A stretch of 63,176 nucleotides of DNA, the filler included, from Octopus bimaculoides (Eukaryota), in the NCBI RefSeq assembly GCF_001194135.2. It is 7 parts of 6 records of this genome, joined end to end, with 100 filler letters (N's around TTAATTAATTAA, not from the genome) between each part and the next. Parts side by side here need not be neighbours in the genome. Positions count along the whole stretch, not along the records: positions 1 to 13,169 come from NC_068982.1; 6 more parts are not named here. One strand, given 5' to 3'. Position 1 is the first letter of the stretch, and every line of letters starts with the position of its first letter. Made by a program: the position numbers and the translations under genes. The notes below the pieces were generated by a model. That model did no database searches. It had not been told where the DNA came from and saw only the letters and a list, made by a program, of their open reading frames with translations. Of this stretch, positions 1 to 13,269 are shown piece after piece.

Positions 1-26
1 ATATATATATATATATATATATACAT

Positions 27-163
27 ACGATGGGCTTCTTTCAGTTTCTGTTTACTTAATCCACTCTCAAGGGTTTGGTCACCCCGAGGTTATACTAGAA
101 GACACTTGTCCAAGGTGCCACGCGGTGGAATTGAACCCGGAACCATACCTCTTATCACACAGC
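27..163 (-). mobile_element. SINE family A (tRNA-headed, internal microsatellite), 5' module
   Basis: Reverse complement of the module GCTGTGTGGTAAG...GGTTCA(G/A)TCCC...GACGGAAACTGAAAGAAGCCCGTCG seen intact at 32093 and 35675; ends in (TA)n. Confidence 0.85.
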
Positions 164-1174
164 AACGTCTTCCCCTGTATACAGTAAATACATACAGTAA
201 ATACATACAGACATGCACATACATTTACACGTGCACACACACCTATCCTCCCACCAACATACATATATAAGATGCTTCACCGTACAGATTCTCTCAAATA
301 TTTTGCACTTCGAAAAAGACATGTTAGAAACAATTAATTTTCTTCGCAGACGGATTGAACCCAGAAACTCGTAGTATGTGATAAGCGAAGCTTTTAATCA
401 TGTTACCACGCAGCTATGTCAACACTTCATATATAAATCTTTATGCTTAGATTTTGTAACTTCTATTCCTTTTTTGTTGTTGTTGTATACGTCTTTACAT
501 AGATACGCAAATATACATGATTGATAGATTACAATAGTTTAAGAAGTGTTCCCACATCGACGTTTTTATTATATGTCCGCAATTCAATTATTTAATGTCC
601 ATTCTACTAATAATAACATATTTGATTCCCATTCATTACAGTGGCTCCTTGTCTATAAGTCCGCAGTTATTCTAGTAAAGTCCGAACAGCTACAAAATGC
701 AATTTCCCAACTGTCAAAGATTGATTTCGACTTATCTTGAAACATGTTTATGTCATTACGTGTGACGATTGCACAGTGAGTGTGTGTAAAGTCGTGATTG
801 AATTCTCTTTCTGGTATTTGTGTTTACATGATTATGTAATTATAGGGAAATGACATATTATTGAGCAGTAGGTATTTTGTTATATTTGGCTTTGATTGAT
901 GCAGAAATGGAGTGTGATGTTAGAACTATACCGTGGATATGAAAGAGGAAAAGATAAAATAGACTGCGAAGGAAATACCGAAATATCTGAAACAGATGAG
1001 ATTTTGTTAATACGATTGAAATAATTTAGATAATCTCATTTATCGAGATTCTGAAATCTGTCATATGCCTAAAGAATCATAACGGCGGAAATTAGCACGG
1101 TTCTCATGACGAATAAATGATTAAGAAAATATCTTTCTCCGAGAACGGGAAGATGGTTGTTACAGGATTAACTT

Positions 1175-1338
1175 CCCAACTATTGCTGACACCCCTTTAC
1201 AGCTGAATGGACTGGAGCAACTGGAAATGAAGTGGTTTTGATCAAGAACACAGCACAACACCCGGTCAGGAAATCGAAGCCAACATATTACAATCGTGTG
1301 TGCAACACCTCAACTATCAAGCCACGCGCCTTTACAAG
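1175..1338 (-). mobile_element. Old tRNA-headed SINE (family F)
   Basis: Minus strand reads AAGGCGCGTGGCTTGATAGTTGAGGTG...GGCTTCGATTTCC (degenerate A/B boxes), then GTGTTCTTGATCAAAACCACTTCATTTCCAGTTGCTCCAGTCCATTCAGCTG, a central domain typical of metazoan SINEs. Confidence 0.6.
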
Positions 1339-1344
1339 AAAAAT

Positions 1345-1610
1345 ATTTACATCTTTGCTTAGCAACTGTATAGTATCGGTTTCAATCCCACTGCCTGAAA
1401 ACTTGAAATTGTCTTCTACTTTAACCATGAACCAACCATTTGCTTGTGGAGGAAATTGGCCAAAGGAAGCTGTAAAGAAGCCCTTCATATATGTCTCTGT
1501 TTGTATATATCTGCTTGTATGAATGGATGCGGATTTTGTCTCTTACCTCTTAATAACCAGTGCAGATTTATTTACGTCCCTATAACTCAGCGTTTCGATG
1601 GAACGATACA
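1345..1610 (+). mobile_element. SINE family A, highly diverged copy
   Basis: Colinear with intact copies (GGTTTCAATCCCACTGC...TTGTCTTCTACT...GGAAGCTGTAAAGAAGCCC, TA/TG tract, TTTACGTCCCTATAACTCAGCG). Explains ORF 1288-1488. Confidence 0.7.
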
Positions 1611-1879
1611 CTTCCATTTAATTCTCCAATCAACTGAGGCCAAATTAAAACATTGTTAACAATTTTAATAATTTCACTTCGACGATGCAGCATTGCATAG
1701 CAGAATGACAAGTGAGACTGCGTTATGCAGTGTATAGTAAGATAAGATTAGTTTTTGTATTACAGAACGAATGATACACTCTCTCGCATTAAACATTGTA
1801 AGACATTACAACCGGGGTTGCATTGAGAAGCTCACTTTGTAACTATGTGGCATCTAATTGAGTCCCACTGTCCGATATC

Positions 1880-2140
1880 GTAGCAAGTGGCTTCCACTAT
1901 TTTTCCGGGCCGAACAATGCTGTGTGGGTGAATTTGGCAGACGGAAACTCGTGGAAATACATCTGTTAAATGCGTTTCTTCGTGCTTCTGCTTAACAATC
2001 GGTGTTACTTTGTTTAAGATTCCATAAGCGAGCGATTTGACAAAATGGACAAGAAATTATTACCAGACATCAAAGAATGACTTATGCGGTTGGTGCTCCA
2101 TCATGGCCGCACACCCATCACTGAAACAAGTAAAATCTAT
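1880..2140 (+). mobile_element. SINE family A, diverged copy
   Basis: GCAAGTGGCTTCCACTAT...GGCAGACGGAAAC and the 3' end GGTGCTCCATCATGGCCGCA...CTGAAACAAGTAAAA. Confidence 0.7.
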
Positions 2141-3582
2141 TTATGTTAGACCCGTTTCAAACCATCAACAAAAATCACATTTATCTATTTTTTTGCTGTT
2201 GTTTTTGTAGTTGTTTTGGTGATGTTATTGCTGCTGTTGATGTTAGGTCGCATTCAGTGCCCGAACGTAAATAATCTGCATTATACGGAGGACCATTTTT
2301 CAGTTTGTTGATCAGCATTATGAAATAATATTGTATGGAACGTTTGATGATGTTACTGATTATGAAGATGAAAACGAGGACGAGGACAACGATAAAGATT
2401 TTAATGATGGATGACATATTCTCTGATTCAGACTGAGTGGTAATTCACATAGTCTGATAGAATGAATGGGCGTTCGATAAATTCATTCAGCACGTCCCAT
2501 ACAACACATTAAATTATACTAACGACCATACATATGTAAACATTTTTTCAGAATGTTATGATCTGCTAAAAAGAATACGTAATTTCCCGGCGTAGTATTA
2601 AATCTCTTTCTTTAAGAAGGCTTCTGACTGAGAAATAATCGGAAGCTGCAGGAAAATTTGATAACGTACTCCGAAGATTATATCTTGAAGTAAAATTCAT
2701 ATTGAACATTGAAAATAATAAAACAAGGGGGAGATTGGGGGTTAACAGCAGTGAGTTTGCAGGGACATCCAATATTGGTAGATGAATATGCAATGAAAAA
2801 CCACGGTTCATGTAGTTGCTACCACTCGACTGATTGATATAATGTTGCTCGTAGACACGTTCTAACATCTGACACATATGAATGCTGTCACTGTCCTTTC
2901 TCTCAGCTTCGCATACTGCACTTATAATGACCTCGGTTCGTCAGAGCTGTCTACACACCATTTATCACACCCAGCTAACCCATCTATCTTTCTCTCAACA
3001 GTCATCCTCTGTATAATCATTCAAGGTCCTACAGTTACCAATATACCCAGATCTTCCTTGCAAAGAAAATCCTTCTTAACATTCTATCCTGTTCACGTTT
3101 TCATTGTAACTATGATAACTTTGATAGGTTTCGGCCAGTATAGGCTCAAGTCATGTCTAACATAATAGCACCACCCAGTGAAGTCTTTTAGTCAGATATG
3201 GGTCACCTTGCCCCACCCTAACAAAGATTTATTATTGTTGGCGATATATCTGGGTGTAGGAGGCCGGTCCGGGATATTTTGCAGAAATTTGTCCTGAGAA
3301 CTATTGGATTTTATGTGATCCGTTTCTACTTTGACGGATTTTGGTACAATATTAAAAAGAGCTCAAGCAATTGAGGTAAGCTAGTTGTGTCGTAATGTTA
3401 TCATATATCCTGAGTTCGATTTTTGTAGTGGGCGGATAGTACTGGGGCCAAGTCTTGGGTGGACTTTAAAATTAATGCCACGAAACGCAAAGTTTCGAGT
3501 GGTTCATAAACAGTATAAATTTCATTGGGTTCAGAAAGTCGCAAAGGTCATGAGTACCGACCCTTCATACAGAACTAAGCTA

Positions 3583-4862
3583 TCAGGTCATCCCATAAGT
3601 TCTTCCCGATTTTACCTTTTTAAAAAGTGAATGAAATTTAATAGTATTTTAGAATTTCTAATTGAATAAAGAAATATATTTAATGCATTTGTGTACATTT
3701 AACCTAATTAAATATTATTCTTACAGAATAATAGAATTATATTTCTTTGATTAAAACCCTTTCTAACATGGAAGTATCCACAGAGCTTTTAAGGCACATA
3801 ATGCTTTATGAGTACAAAAAAGGAAACTCTGCAGCCGAAGCGACTCAAAACATACTCAGGTTATGGGAAAAAATGCTTGAATGAAAGAACTTGCAGAAGA
3901 TGGTTTGCAAAATTCAGAAGTGGAGATTTCAGCCATGAAGATCAAACAGAACGTCCAGTTGAGTTTGATGATAAGCTCCTTCAGGCATTATTTGAAGAAA
4001 ATTCTGCATTATCAGTTGAAGAATTGGCGATAAGGCTTAGTTCAAACCATACACCTGTTCATCGTCATCTTCAACAACTTCGAAAGTTTCCTAAATTTGG
4101 AAAATAGGTGCCTCATGAATTTTCAGAAAGCAACTGCAAATCCCGAGTTGGCCTCTGCTCTTCTCTCTCCATTCTCGCGAACTCGTTTGACCCTTTTTGG
4201 ATAGACTTATGGCTGGTGACGAAAAATGGATCTCCTATCGAAATGTTAAACGTCGTAAACACTGGTTTGCTAAAAGGGGAAAAGCTCAACCACAACCGAA
4301 AACGGGATTTCGTGGAAAAAGGTTGTTCTCCCTATCTGGTGGGATTGAAAAGGAGTAATTCACTTCGAATTGTTACCACCTAAGGCAAGAATCAATGCTC
4401 AAGTCTACTGTCAGCGATTAGAGCGTTTGAACCAAGCTTTGAAGAACAAAGACCCGCTTTAGTGAATTGAAAAGGCGTGATGTTTTCCCAGGACAATGCA
4501 CGATCCCCACTGCAAAGATCACATCACAGAAGATCGAAGAGCTTGATTGGGAAAAAATTCCTCATCCACCTTATTCTCCCAACCTTGCTCCTTCAGACAA
4601 CCATTTGTTTCATAGTTTACAGAATCATTTGAAGGATATTACTTTCGCAAGCCAGGAGGAGGTCGAAACTTACATTTCAGAGTTCTTCGCTTTGAAACCA
4701 AAGGAGTTTTTTCTTGATGGGAATAAAAAGTTTTTAAATAGATGGAAGGAAGTCATAGATAATCAGGGAAAGTACATTGATGATTAAATTTCAATTAATT
4801 TTAACATTTGATTATTTGTTTTCTTTATTCAAAATTCGGACAGAACTTATGAGATGACCTGA
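3583..4862 (+). mobile_element. Full-length decayed mariner (DD34D; Hsmar1/cecropia-mellifera-like)
   Basis: TIR TCAGGTCATCCCATAAGTTC at 3583 matches GAACTTATGAGATGACCTGA ending 4862 (1 mismatch); TA at 3581-82 and 4863-64; 1280 bp. Confidence 0.95.
3768..4787 (+). pseudogene. mariner transposase pseudogene
   Basis: Across frameshifts: MEVSTELLRHIMLYEYKKG..RRWFAKFRSGDFS..*VPHE (WVPHE)..GDEKW..QDNA..HPPYSPNLAPSDNHLF..GKYIDD. Several stops and frameshifts. Confidence 0.93.
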
Positions 4863-7444
4863 TACTTAGAAGAGACGCAGCACATTAACATGCTGCATCA
4901 TTCTTATATTCCGATCATTGTGTTAAAAGCAGCAAAAACATTGAAACAGATAGGTTTTACGATTTAACATGTAGTATGCCACTGATCATCATTTCGATCA
5001 CTCCAAATTTGAATAATGATTGGGATAAATTACTTAGAAGTACTACATTGGAACGTGCTTATTAATAGTAGGCTAATTACATTTGTGCAGTAACTTAATA
5101 TTGCATCTGTAGTGGGAATAACACGTATCATTTGCTCAATTACTAATTCTAATCAAGAAAAGTAAAGAAAGAAACTACGAAATGCGGATTAATCAAACGA
5201 TGAATGGAAACATCCAGTGGTAAATGAATTTGAACTTTTTGCAATATGGTGAAAATTTAGGATGAGTGTATTAACTGCCAGTTCTCATGTGGCTGGAAGA
5301 TACGAAGATTTTGGTTCCATAAAAATAGACTAGTGTGACAATGTAAATTAATGGACAACTGCCTAGGGAAATTTTTGCATGAGAATCATGTTGGAAATCG
5401 AGGAAAACATTCTTAATGATGTGAATCAGAATATATTTTATTAAGAAATATCATTCGCTAGCGATGGAGCAACATCATTAATTATGAGAATATGTTTGGG
5501 TAATATACATCAAACGAGATTTCTTCTTAGCTTATGCAAATTTGATAGGGTATAATATATTTAATATTCGGAGTTTTGTCCTACTTAGGCATAGAGACGC
5601 CTGGAAGCATCCATCAAGTGCATGTTTTATAGAGAGGGAAACACCTCATTGTATGCATGTACGTAGGTTCTGAGATTCTATTTCAGGGAGAATTCATTTC
5701 AATATTCCAATTGCGGAAATTGGAATAACGCTTTCAAGAACATATGATAAAAATCCATTCTTCTGTCAGTAACACCGGTTAGCTTAGCAAGCAAAGAATA
5801 TAAGAAAACGTACAGCAATATAGGGATATACGAGACATCATGCTTATTAACGCCATGCCTATTTCAAGGGAGATTACCTCTTTTGTCAATTTGCAAGCCA
5901 ATGTTAATATTTACACAGAGAAGCCATTCAAAGTCAATATTGCGAGCCAGTGCACAAATATTGGATAAGAAATTTTGTGATTTCCTTGTTTTAACATACT
6001 GGGAATACTTCCATTAGTTCAACAATGACAGCTCCAATAATCAGTACCTAAAAGGGCAATGGGCAATTAACTTACTTTTGCAAACTGATGCAGAAAGTTT
6101 TCTATAATGACTTTTGAAGTCGCTGCCTACCAATGAAACGTTCATCAAACACAGCTATCTCTAAGGAAATTATATTAGCAATACATTATTAGTTTTTCGG
6201 GTTTTCTACTCAGTCGGGAGGTGCTACTCAAAACATATTCGTTTTCAAACATTTGCGAACAAATGAAAGCATGCACATACGTTTTTGGCCATATCTAAAG
6301 CACACTCACGCACGCACACACACACACACGCACACACAGACACACACGCACACACAGACACACACACACACACACACACACGCACGCACGCACACCACAC
6401 GCATATACGCATAATTGTATGAATATGCCTTCATGTAAAGAGCTACAGTCAACCACCCGCTTACTTCCGAATATATATATATATATATATANNNNNNNNN
6501 NNNNNNNNNNNNNNNNNNNNNNNNNNNNNNNNNNNNNNNNNNNNNNNNNNNNNNNNNNNNNNNNNNNNNNNNNNNNNNNNNNNNNNNNNNNNNNNNNNNN
6601 NNNNNNNNNNNNNNNNNNNNNNNNNNNNNNNNNNNNNNNNNNNNNNNNNNNNNNNNNNNNNNNNNNNNNNNNNNNNNNNNNNNNNNNNNNNNNNNNNNNN
6701 NNNNNNNNNNNNNNNNNNNNNNNNNNNNNNNNNNNNNNNNNNNNNNNNNNNNNNNNNNNNNNNNNNNNNNNNNNNNNNNNNNNNNNNNNNNNNNNNNNNN
6801 NNNNNNNNNNNNNNNNNNNNNNNNNNNNNNNNNNNNNNNNNNNNNNNNNNNNNNNNNNNNNNNNNNNNNNNNNNNNNNNNNNNNNNNNNNNNNNNNNNNN
6901 NNNNNNNNNNNNNNNNNNNNNNNNNNNNNNNNNNNNNNNNNNNNNNNNNNNNNNNNNNNNNNNNNNNNNNNNNNNNNNNNNNNNNNNNNNNNNNNNNNNN
7001 NNNNNNNNNNNNNNNNNNNNNNNNNNNNNNNNNNNNNNNNNNNNNNNNNNNNNNNNNNNNNNNNNNNNNNNNNNNNNNNNNNNNNNNNNNNNNNNNNNNN
7101 NNNNNNNNNNNNNNNNNNNNNNNNNNNNNNNNNNNNNNNNNNNNNNNNNNNNNNNNNNNNNNNNNNNNTATATATATATATGTATGTGTGTGTATGTGTG
7201 TGTGTGTGTGTGTGGTGTGTAGGAAAAATACAATAATCACTAAATGCGACTAAGTGTGTTATGACAACTATATTGATAGAAATAAGAGCTACGATGTTCT
7301 GATGCTGTAGGAAAAGCACAGTGAGATAAATAAATAGATGGATAGATAGATATACATATATACAAATGCACATACATTTATTTATGAGGATGTAAATGTA
7401 GGTATGTATGTGTTTATGCATGTGTGAGTGTATGTTTGGGCCAA

Positions 7445-8927
7445 ATATGAAGCGGTACGACACCTGTCGTCTATCACGCAACATTGTGTATGGCGAATAT
7501 CACGCGTAGTTGGGTGTTTTAGTGATCTTGTGAATAAAGACATAAACAGACAACAACATGCCTCAGTCTTAGTACAAACCCTGTTTTATCCGACAACATT
7601 TCAGAAAAAGTATTTTTTAATTTTTTTCTTCGATTCATCTGACACCTTATTCTTACTGGGGGAACAATCATTCATGCTTTACAGAACATATTTATAGGGC
7701 GGTCCCAAGAATCAAACAACTCCATCCAGTTAGTTCCGAGCAAATTTGCTGCATTTTTTAACATAAACATTATAGCGTTACAGGTTTTTATCACGAAATG
7801 TAATGTTGCTTATAATTTCGGTTAAGAAGTGTATTCTTTCACCTGTGACGCCTCGCGCACCTCTGGATGTTGTCTTTAATGCAGATTTTCCAATTATATT
7901 CCACGTATCGGTCATAATAATTGTAATATAGCTACATGTATCTAGTTGTAGTTTCAAGTTTGTGTCATTTATTTTTACATACTTTATTTTTTCGGTCTCG
8001 TCACAATTTTCTGTTGAGCAAACTTTTTTAGAAGATTTTTTCCGACCTTTGTGATTCGCTATGGAGTGCGAGCTTTTATGTCCTATTTTTTTGACAACTA
8101 AAACATTTCCAAACTTTAAATGAGCAGTCTTTCTTAAATTGCAAACCTCCACAACCAATAGCTTGGATTTGGTCGTAATATTCCTTTTCTTTATTTATTT
8201 CCGGTCGACATGTCTGTACTTGAAATACATTTTCTACAATTTTCTTCACCTCCTGTCGCAAATTGATGATACTTTGACACTCCTGTGCTATTACTTGCAG
8301 GGTTAAATTCTGGTCTTCTTGTTCTAGTTTTGTAAATATCTATGCACGTATTTCTGCACTTTTGGTTGCCGTCAAACCTTGCGCAAAGATGAGGCAATTA
8401 AACATATCGGGAGATTATTCCTTCAGTTTAAATATTTCGCAAATTTTATTTACGATTCCAGTATAACTGACAAAATCTTCGTCTTCTTTTGCTACGTTCA
8501 AACAATCCTAGCTAGTGTTAAACAGAGAACTCTTATTGCTGAACCTTTTGGATAGCAATTCAATTGTTCCCTTGAAATAAATTTACTCGTTTTTTTAGGC
8601 AAGATAAAATGGCAGTATTTTTCATGTTCTGAAGGACCTAGTTTCTGTAACAGCATTATCAATTTCTCATCGTCTGTCCAACACTTGCATTCTTCCTAGA
8701 AAATTTCTTCGTATCTTCTGAAGTACGCCGGAAAAAAAAGTTATACACTCTTCTGGGTTATAACTAAATTCAATTATAGCATTCGCTAAGCTGTCTGGCG
8801 AAAAGGAACTTGAGGTGTTTCCCGACTTCAACATCATTTCCAGCAATTGATTATGTTGTAGTTGTTGGTGTAAATCCGGTTGCTGCTGCTGCTGCTGTTA
8901 CTTTTGAATCTGTAATAGGTCTTCCAT
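7445..8927 (-). pseudogene. Ty3/Gypsy (Mag clade-like) gag-protease, decayed, 3' truncated near start of RT
   Basis: Minus-strand translation across frameshifts: MEDLLQIQ..QQQQ..AIIEFSYNPEECITF..AYFRRYEEIF..LLQKLGPSEHEKYCHFILP..IFAQGL..CGG....KDC..KCFSCQK.GH (knuckle remnants)..VKINDTNLKLQLDTCSYITII (aspartic protease LDTG-like)..LLGTNWMELF. Confidence 0.88.
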
Positions 8928-8975
8928 AGTTAACGAATTTCGGTATCATAAACATTTGTTAATCACCAACGTAAT

Positions 8976-9316
8976 CTCGTCGCCACTTTTAGAACTTGGT
9001 TTCTGTATGTATCACAGTAGCGTCGTGCACTAATATAGTGTGATATCCAATACCACGAAACGGCGTGGTCACCAACTGTCTCCACTCGATCTATTCCCAC
9101 GTACGCTGCCAACAAATGTAGCCAATCCAAAACAACTCTCAACGAACTATAACAAATTCTCAACAATTTCCTGAGACTTCACGAACTCACGTACGACACC
9201 TTTCGACTTCTTGCGATTTCTTATCTGTCCCGTTCTCAGTCAAGCGGCTTGCTGTTTATACGAGCTCAGCTAGTCCGTTCTCACAAGGTGTATCATGATA
9301 CTCGCCATAGCTTATA
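8976..9316 (-). mobile_element. Putative 5' LTR and primer-binding site of the Gypsy element
   Basis: TGGCGACGAG (minus, 8985-8976) lies about 50 nt upstream of the gag ATG, a typical Gypsy PBS; preceded by about 320 bp of non-coding LTR-like sequence with a TATAAA motif. Outer LTR boundary uncertain. Confidence 0.6.
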
Positions 9317-9667
9317 GGGATGTGTGTGTGTATTTGGAATTTTCCATGGCATAACATTTCAGATGGTTCTTAAATCAGTAACATATAGTCATAGCCTGTT
9401 AGACAGGCCGCAGCACACCCTTTGCTCAGTATGCGGCATTGACAAGTCAAAACAATGACTGTAGCTCCAAAAAAAAAAAAAAAAGGATTTGATGTGAGTT
9501 GTCTCATTCGGTTATGACTTGTTTCCGATGAATTTACTCCAAGGACATTGAGATTATATTCTCTTACGTAAAACACAGCCGCCCAATGAACTAACAACAC
9601 ACACACTTCGTACGATACAATTATATATAATATTGCTTTTTCTTCTATTTGTTGCTCCATTCTCCAC

Positions 9668-9723
<56 letters not shown>

Positions 9724-9821
9724 ATAATAATATTAGGGACAAAATCCAAAATTACAGGTAAAAAACTCAATTAAAATCAATTTATAAAAAATTAAAATTA
9801 AATTGAGCCTTATAGATAAAG

Positions 9822-10200
9822 TATATATAAAATATATAGTTTTAGGGAAAATAACCAATTTTCAAGAATTCATCGATGAAAATCCACTATCACATATAGA
9901 AAAATTAATAATTAAAAGCACAGTAAATGAGTATAATATAAAGTAAAGTAAATATCATAAGATAAATATAATATTTATCGTATTATTATATTTATAAATA
10001 TTATAAATATTATAAATATTATTATTATTATAATATTATAATATTATAATATTATTATAAATATTATATTTATCTTATGATATTTACTTTACTTTATATT
10101 ATACTCATTTATTGTGCTTTTAATTATTAATTTTTCTATATGTGATAGTGGATTTTCATCGATGAATTCTTGAAAATTGGTTATTTTCCCTAAAACTATA

Positions 10201-10215
<15 letters not shown>
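9822..10215. repeat. Long near-perfect inverted repeat (foldback), ~155-bp arms, 80-bp AT-only spacer
   Basis: 9822-9977 is the reverse complement of 10058-10215 with 1 substitution and 1 extra TA unit. Confidence 0.95.
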
Positions 10216-10234
<19 letters not shown>

Positions 10235-11385
10235 TCATATTATAGGGTAAACTCTACGAGTAGCTGTTTTTATGAAACACAGGCGTAAACTTTGCATCGA
10301 AATACAAACAACGAGACTATACCACGCCTGTCTGTGGCGAGAAACTCGAGGTCCATCATATTAGTTTAAACAGTTAACACCTCATCTATGATTGGTTATT
10401 CGCTTATTTCCATATTTCCACCGAGAGAATGTTGGTTCATAGCTTCTCCCATACATGCAAATTTCGGTATAATTAAATTTCTGTATATAATTCGAATAAC
10501 ATGAAGACAATAACCTTGTATAATGATTAACTAACAAAATTACTATTGAACGTTTATTTTACTTAATCTCAACAGGAATATATTTAAGCTTAACATTCCA
10601 ACAGAACTATTGTATAAACACCGCATAGTAATTCTGAATAAATACACATACACACCGACATACACACCGACATACACACCCACCCACACAAACATAGACA
10701 CACACACCCATACACACACAAACACACATATATGTATGAATAACAATGTATATCTCATACACACACGCGCACAGACACATGAGCACACACATCCACACAT
10801 GTATGCAATTATAACAATGCGTATCTATCTGTACATATGCATAGATGTTCACACACGCACACACACTCACACACACGCGCAAACACACACACACACATAT
10901 ACATATATAAACATATACATGTAAGTGTAGATTTATATTCATGAAAACGTTTGTGCAGGATTTGCAGGGTTGGGCATACGCACACCTACACATATGCCCT
11001 GATGTTCAAAGTTACAATGCTTTGAACATCCTGGGTTGGAGCTGGGTTTGTACGCAATAACCAAATTTCGTTCCACACTTACGTTACTATCAAATCAAAA
11101 TAGTATTGGCATTGATATCATCATAGAACAACATGTTCATAATCATAAACTATATTTAAGCGTGCAGATATTACGATGTTAGTATCTGCACTTTAAAAAA
11201 TGCATGTATATTGATTCAATGCATTTACCTTAGGTCAAACAACATGGCAGCCAGCAGCCAAAGGACAAATATAATTTATAGCGCTATTGTCATTTCTTCA
11301 ATACCTGATTTCTTAGTGCATTTTAACGTTTCAGTTACATACATCCCTTTGCGTCACTAACAGACCAAACCTATTTGTCTGTAAA

Positions 11386-11388
<3 letters not shown>

Positions 11389-11469
<81 letters not shown>

Positions 11470-11478
11470 TGTGTGTGT
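11389..11478. repeat. (GT)n microsatellite (representative of dozens of CA/GT, TA, TATG and ATAG tracts)
   Basis: Direct reading. Confidence 0.95.
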
Positions 11479-12071
11479 TTCGTTTTGCTTTCAGAACGGA
11501 AATTCTACTTCTATAACACTTACTTGTCTGTTGCTTATATTAAATTACAAGGTACAACTTTTGTGTAGTTTGTATAATGCCTAACAGAAACCACATAAAA
11601 AGTGACCCTCAGCTGATTTCCTATGGGAACATATTAGCACTTTAAAACCGATGAGCTGGAAGTAACTAATACATATTGTATACGTTATTTATGGCTGGAG
11701 GTTATGTAGGGGAAATAACATAAACGGTGTCGTCGAATAAAAGTAAAATGGTGTAATATTGTTGTCTATATATGGAAGTGTTTGCTATAGTTGTAGACGT
11801 TTAGTCCCGATATATAAGTGCCAATCTATACCTATAGAGCAATGATGTTCCTGCCGTACATACCTACATACAGGCATACACACATACGTGCATACATAAC
11901 ATACACACAGACACACATATATATGGTTGGGAATACATACATGTGCATGCGCCAATGCTTTTGCTGTGTATGGGTTTAAATAAAATTCCTATATACTCAC
12001 AAATAGACACATATATGTATGTATATATATGTACATATATACGTATACACACATACACATACATATACATA

Positions 12072-12121
<50 letters not shown>

Positions 12122-12391
12122 TGTTAAAGAAAAGATGGGATTTAAAAAATCGTGGTTTATGCCAAGTAAGCACACAGTAGAAAGGAATAAGGTTAAATTT
12201 CAAACCAGCTGATACCAGTGAATGTATGTAGAACACAAATCCCTGGTAAATCCTACTGTATGTCAGGTAAATCCAACAATCTTATGCAGAATTTCAAGAA
12301 ATTCGGAGTATTAACAACAATCAATATGTACCAAAAAACATTTTTACTTTAGATGACACCTTAAAATCCAAAAATTGTTTCAATTGCATGA

Positions 12392-12463
<72 letters not shown>

Positions 12464-12579
12464 GTGTGTGAGTGTGCGGGCGCGATGTACTATTCTACGA
12501 TAGAATATTCAGCAAAGAATTACTTCATGTGGTGAGAGATAAATATTCTTATTTAAAGGACACATTGGGACATTTATAT

Positions 12580-12637
12580 ACCACTACTACTACTACTACT
12601 ACCACTACCACTACCACTACTACTACTACTACTACCA

Positions 12638-12686
<49 letters not shown>

Positions 12687-12754
12687 GAATGATAATAATA
12701 GTAATAATAGTAATAATAATAATAATAGTAGTAGTAATAATAATAATAATAGTA

Positions 12755-12818
<64 letters not shown>
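12580..12818. repeat. Compound trinucleotide microsatellite (ACT/ACC)n then (AAT/AGT)n
   Basis: Direct reading; source of the poly-T/N/L/V ORFs. Confidence 0.95.
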
Positions 12819-12820
<2 letters not shown>

Positions 12821-13169
12821 TTTTTAAAAAAGGATTGACGTAACTCTTCACGAAGGTAAAGAGTCAAGACGAAGAGTGCGATGTTAGATGTTTTATTTTT
12901 TGAACAATATTTCGACAGAACGTGTGTCTTTCTCAAGTTCAAACCAAAAGGTGATTGAAAATTCAAAATTTCAGAAACCAAACGTAAACTATGAACGTGA
13001 GTAATCAGTGTCCATACGTTGATAGAATGACATCATCAGCTTTTGTCAGTTTTTTAATAAGCAGAAAGAAAGAAAGAAAAAGGAAGACGACAGAAAAAGA
13101 AAAGAAAAAGAGAGAAAGAAGAATATTCAATCAAACAGTTTTGTATAAATTTGATGATATTCTCCTGTC

Positions 13170-13269
13170 NNNNNNNNNNNNNNNNNNNNNNNNNNNNNNN
13201 NNNNNNNNNNNNNTTAATTAATTAANNNNNNNNNNNNNNNNNNNNNNNNNNNNNNNNNNNNNNNNNNNN
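13170..13269. other. Assembly gap of unknown size with TTAATTAATTAA linker (also at 23470, 37020, 39626, 57903, 60203)
   Basis: Identical self-complementary 12-mer, here flanked by 44 N on each side, recurring six times; encodes stops in all six frames. Confidence 0.95.

Noticed and set aside
1288-1488. Protein-like ORF MKGFFTASFGQFPPQANGWF...
   Set aside because: It is the antisense reading of a diverged family A SINE.
2320-2413. Possible exon after TTTTTCAG encoding FVDQHYEIILYGTFDDVTDYEDENEDEDNDKDFNDG*
   Set aside because: The acidic run follows from a decayed (GAT/GAC)n tract; no partner exons or recognisable homology.
2925-3175. CTGACGA and GGCCGAAAC motifs on the minus strand (PLE pLTR-like)
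   Set aside because: The halves are about 190 nt apart and in non-matching contexts; no fold could be assembled.
5703-5727. Perfect 10-bp hairpin TATTCCAATT/AATTGGAATA
   Set aside because: Expected by chance in 63 kb of AT-rich DNA; no supporting context.
6295-7484. Long ORFs spanning N runs (and all similar X-filled ORFs)
   Set aside because: Artefacts of translating gaps and dinucleotide repeats.
10145-10185. TCGATGA-ATTCTT-GAAA-ATT in the palindrome arm as a hammerhead
   Set aside because: Core altered, essentially no stem II, G at the cleavage position and no stem I.
12472-12981. Poly-T/N/L/V/I/S ORFs (also 29375-30718 and 56147-57224)
   Set aside because: Trinucleotide microsatellites, open in several frames, with no splice or homology support.
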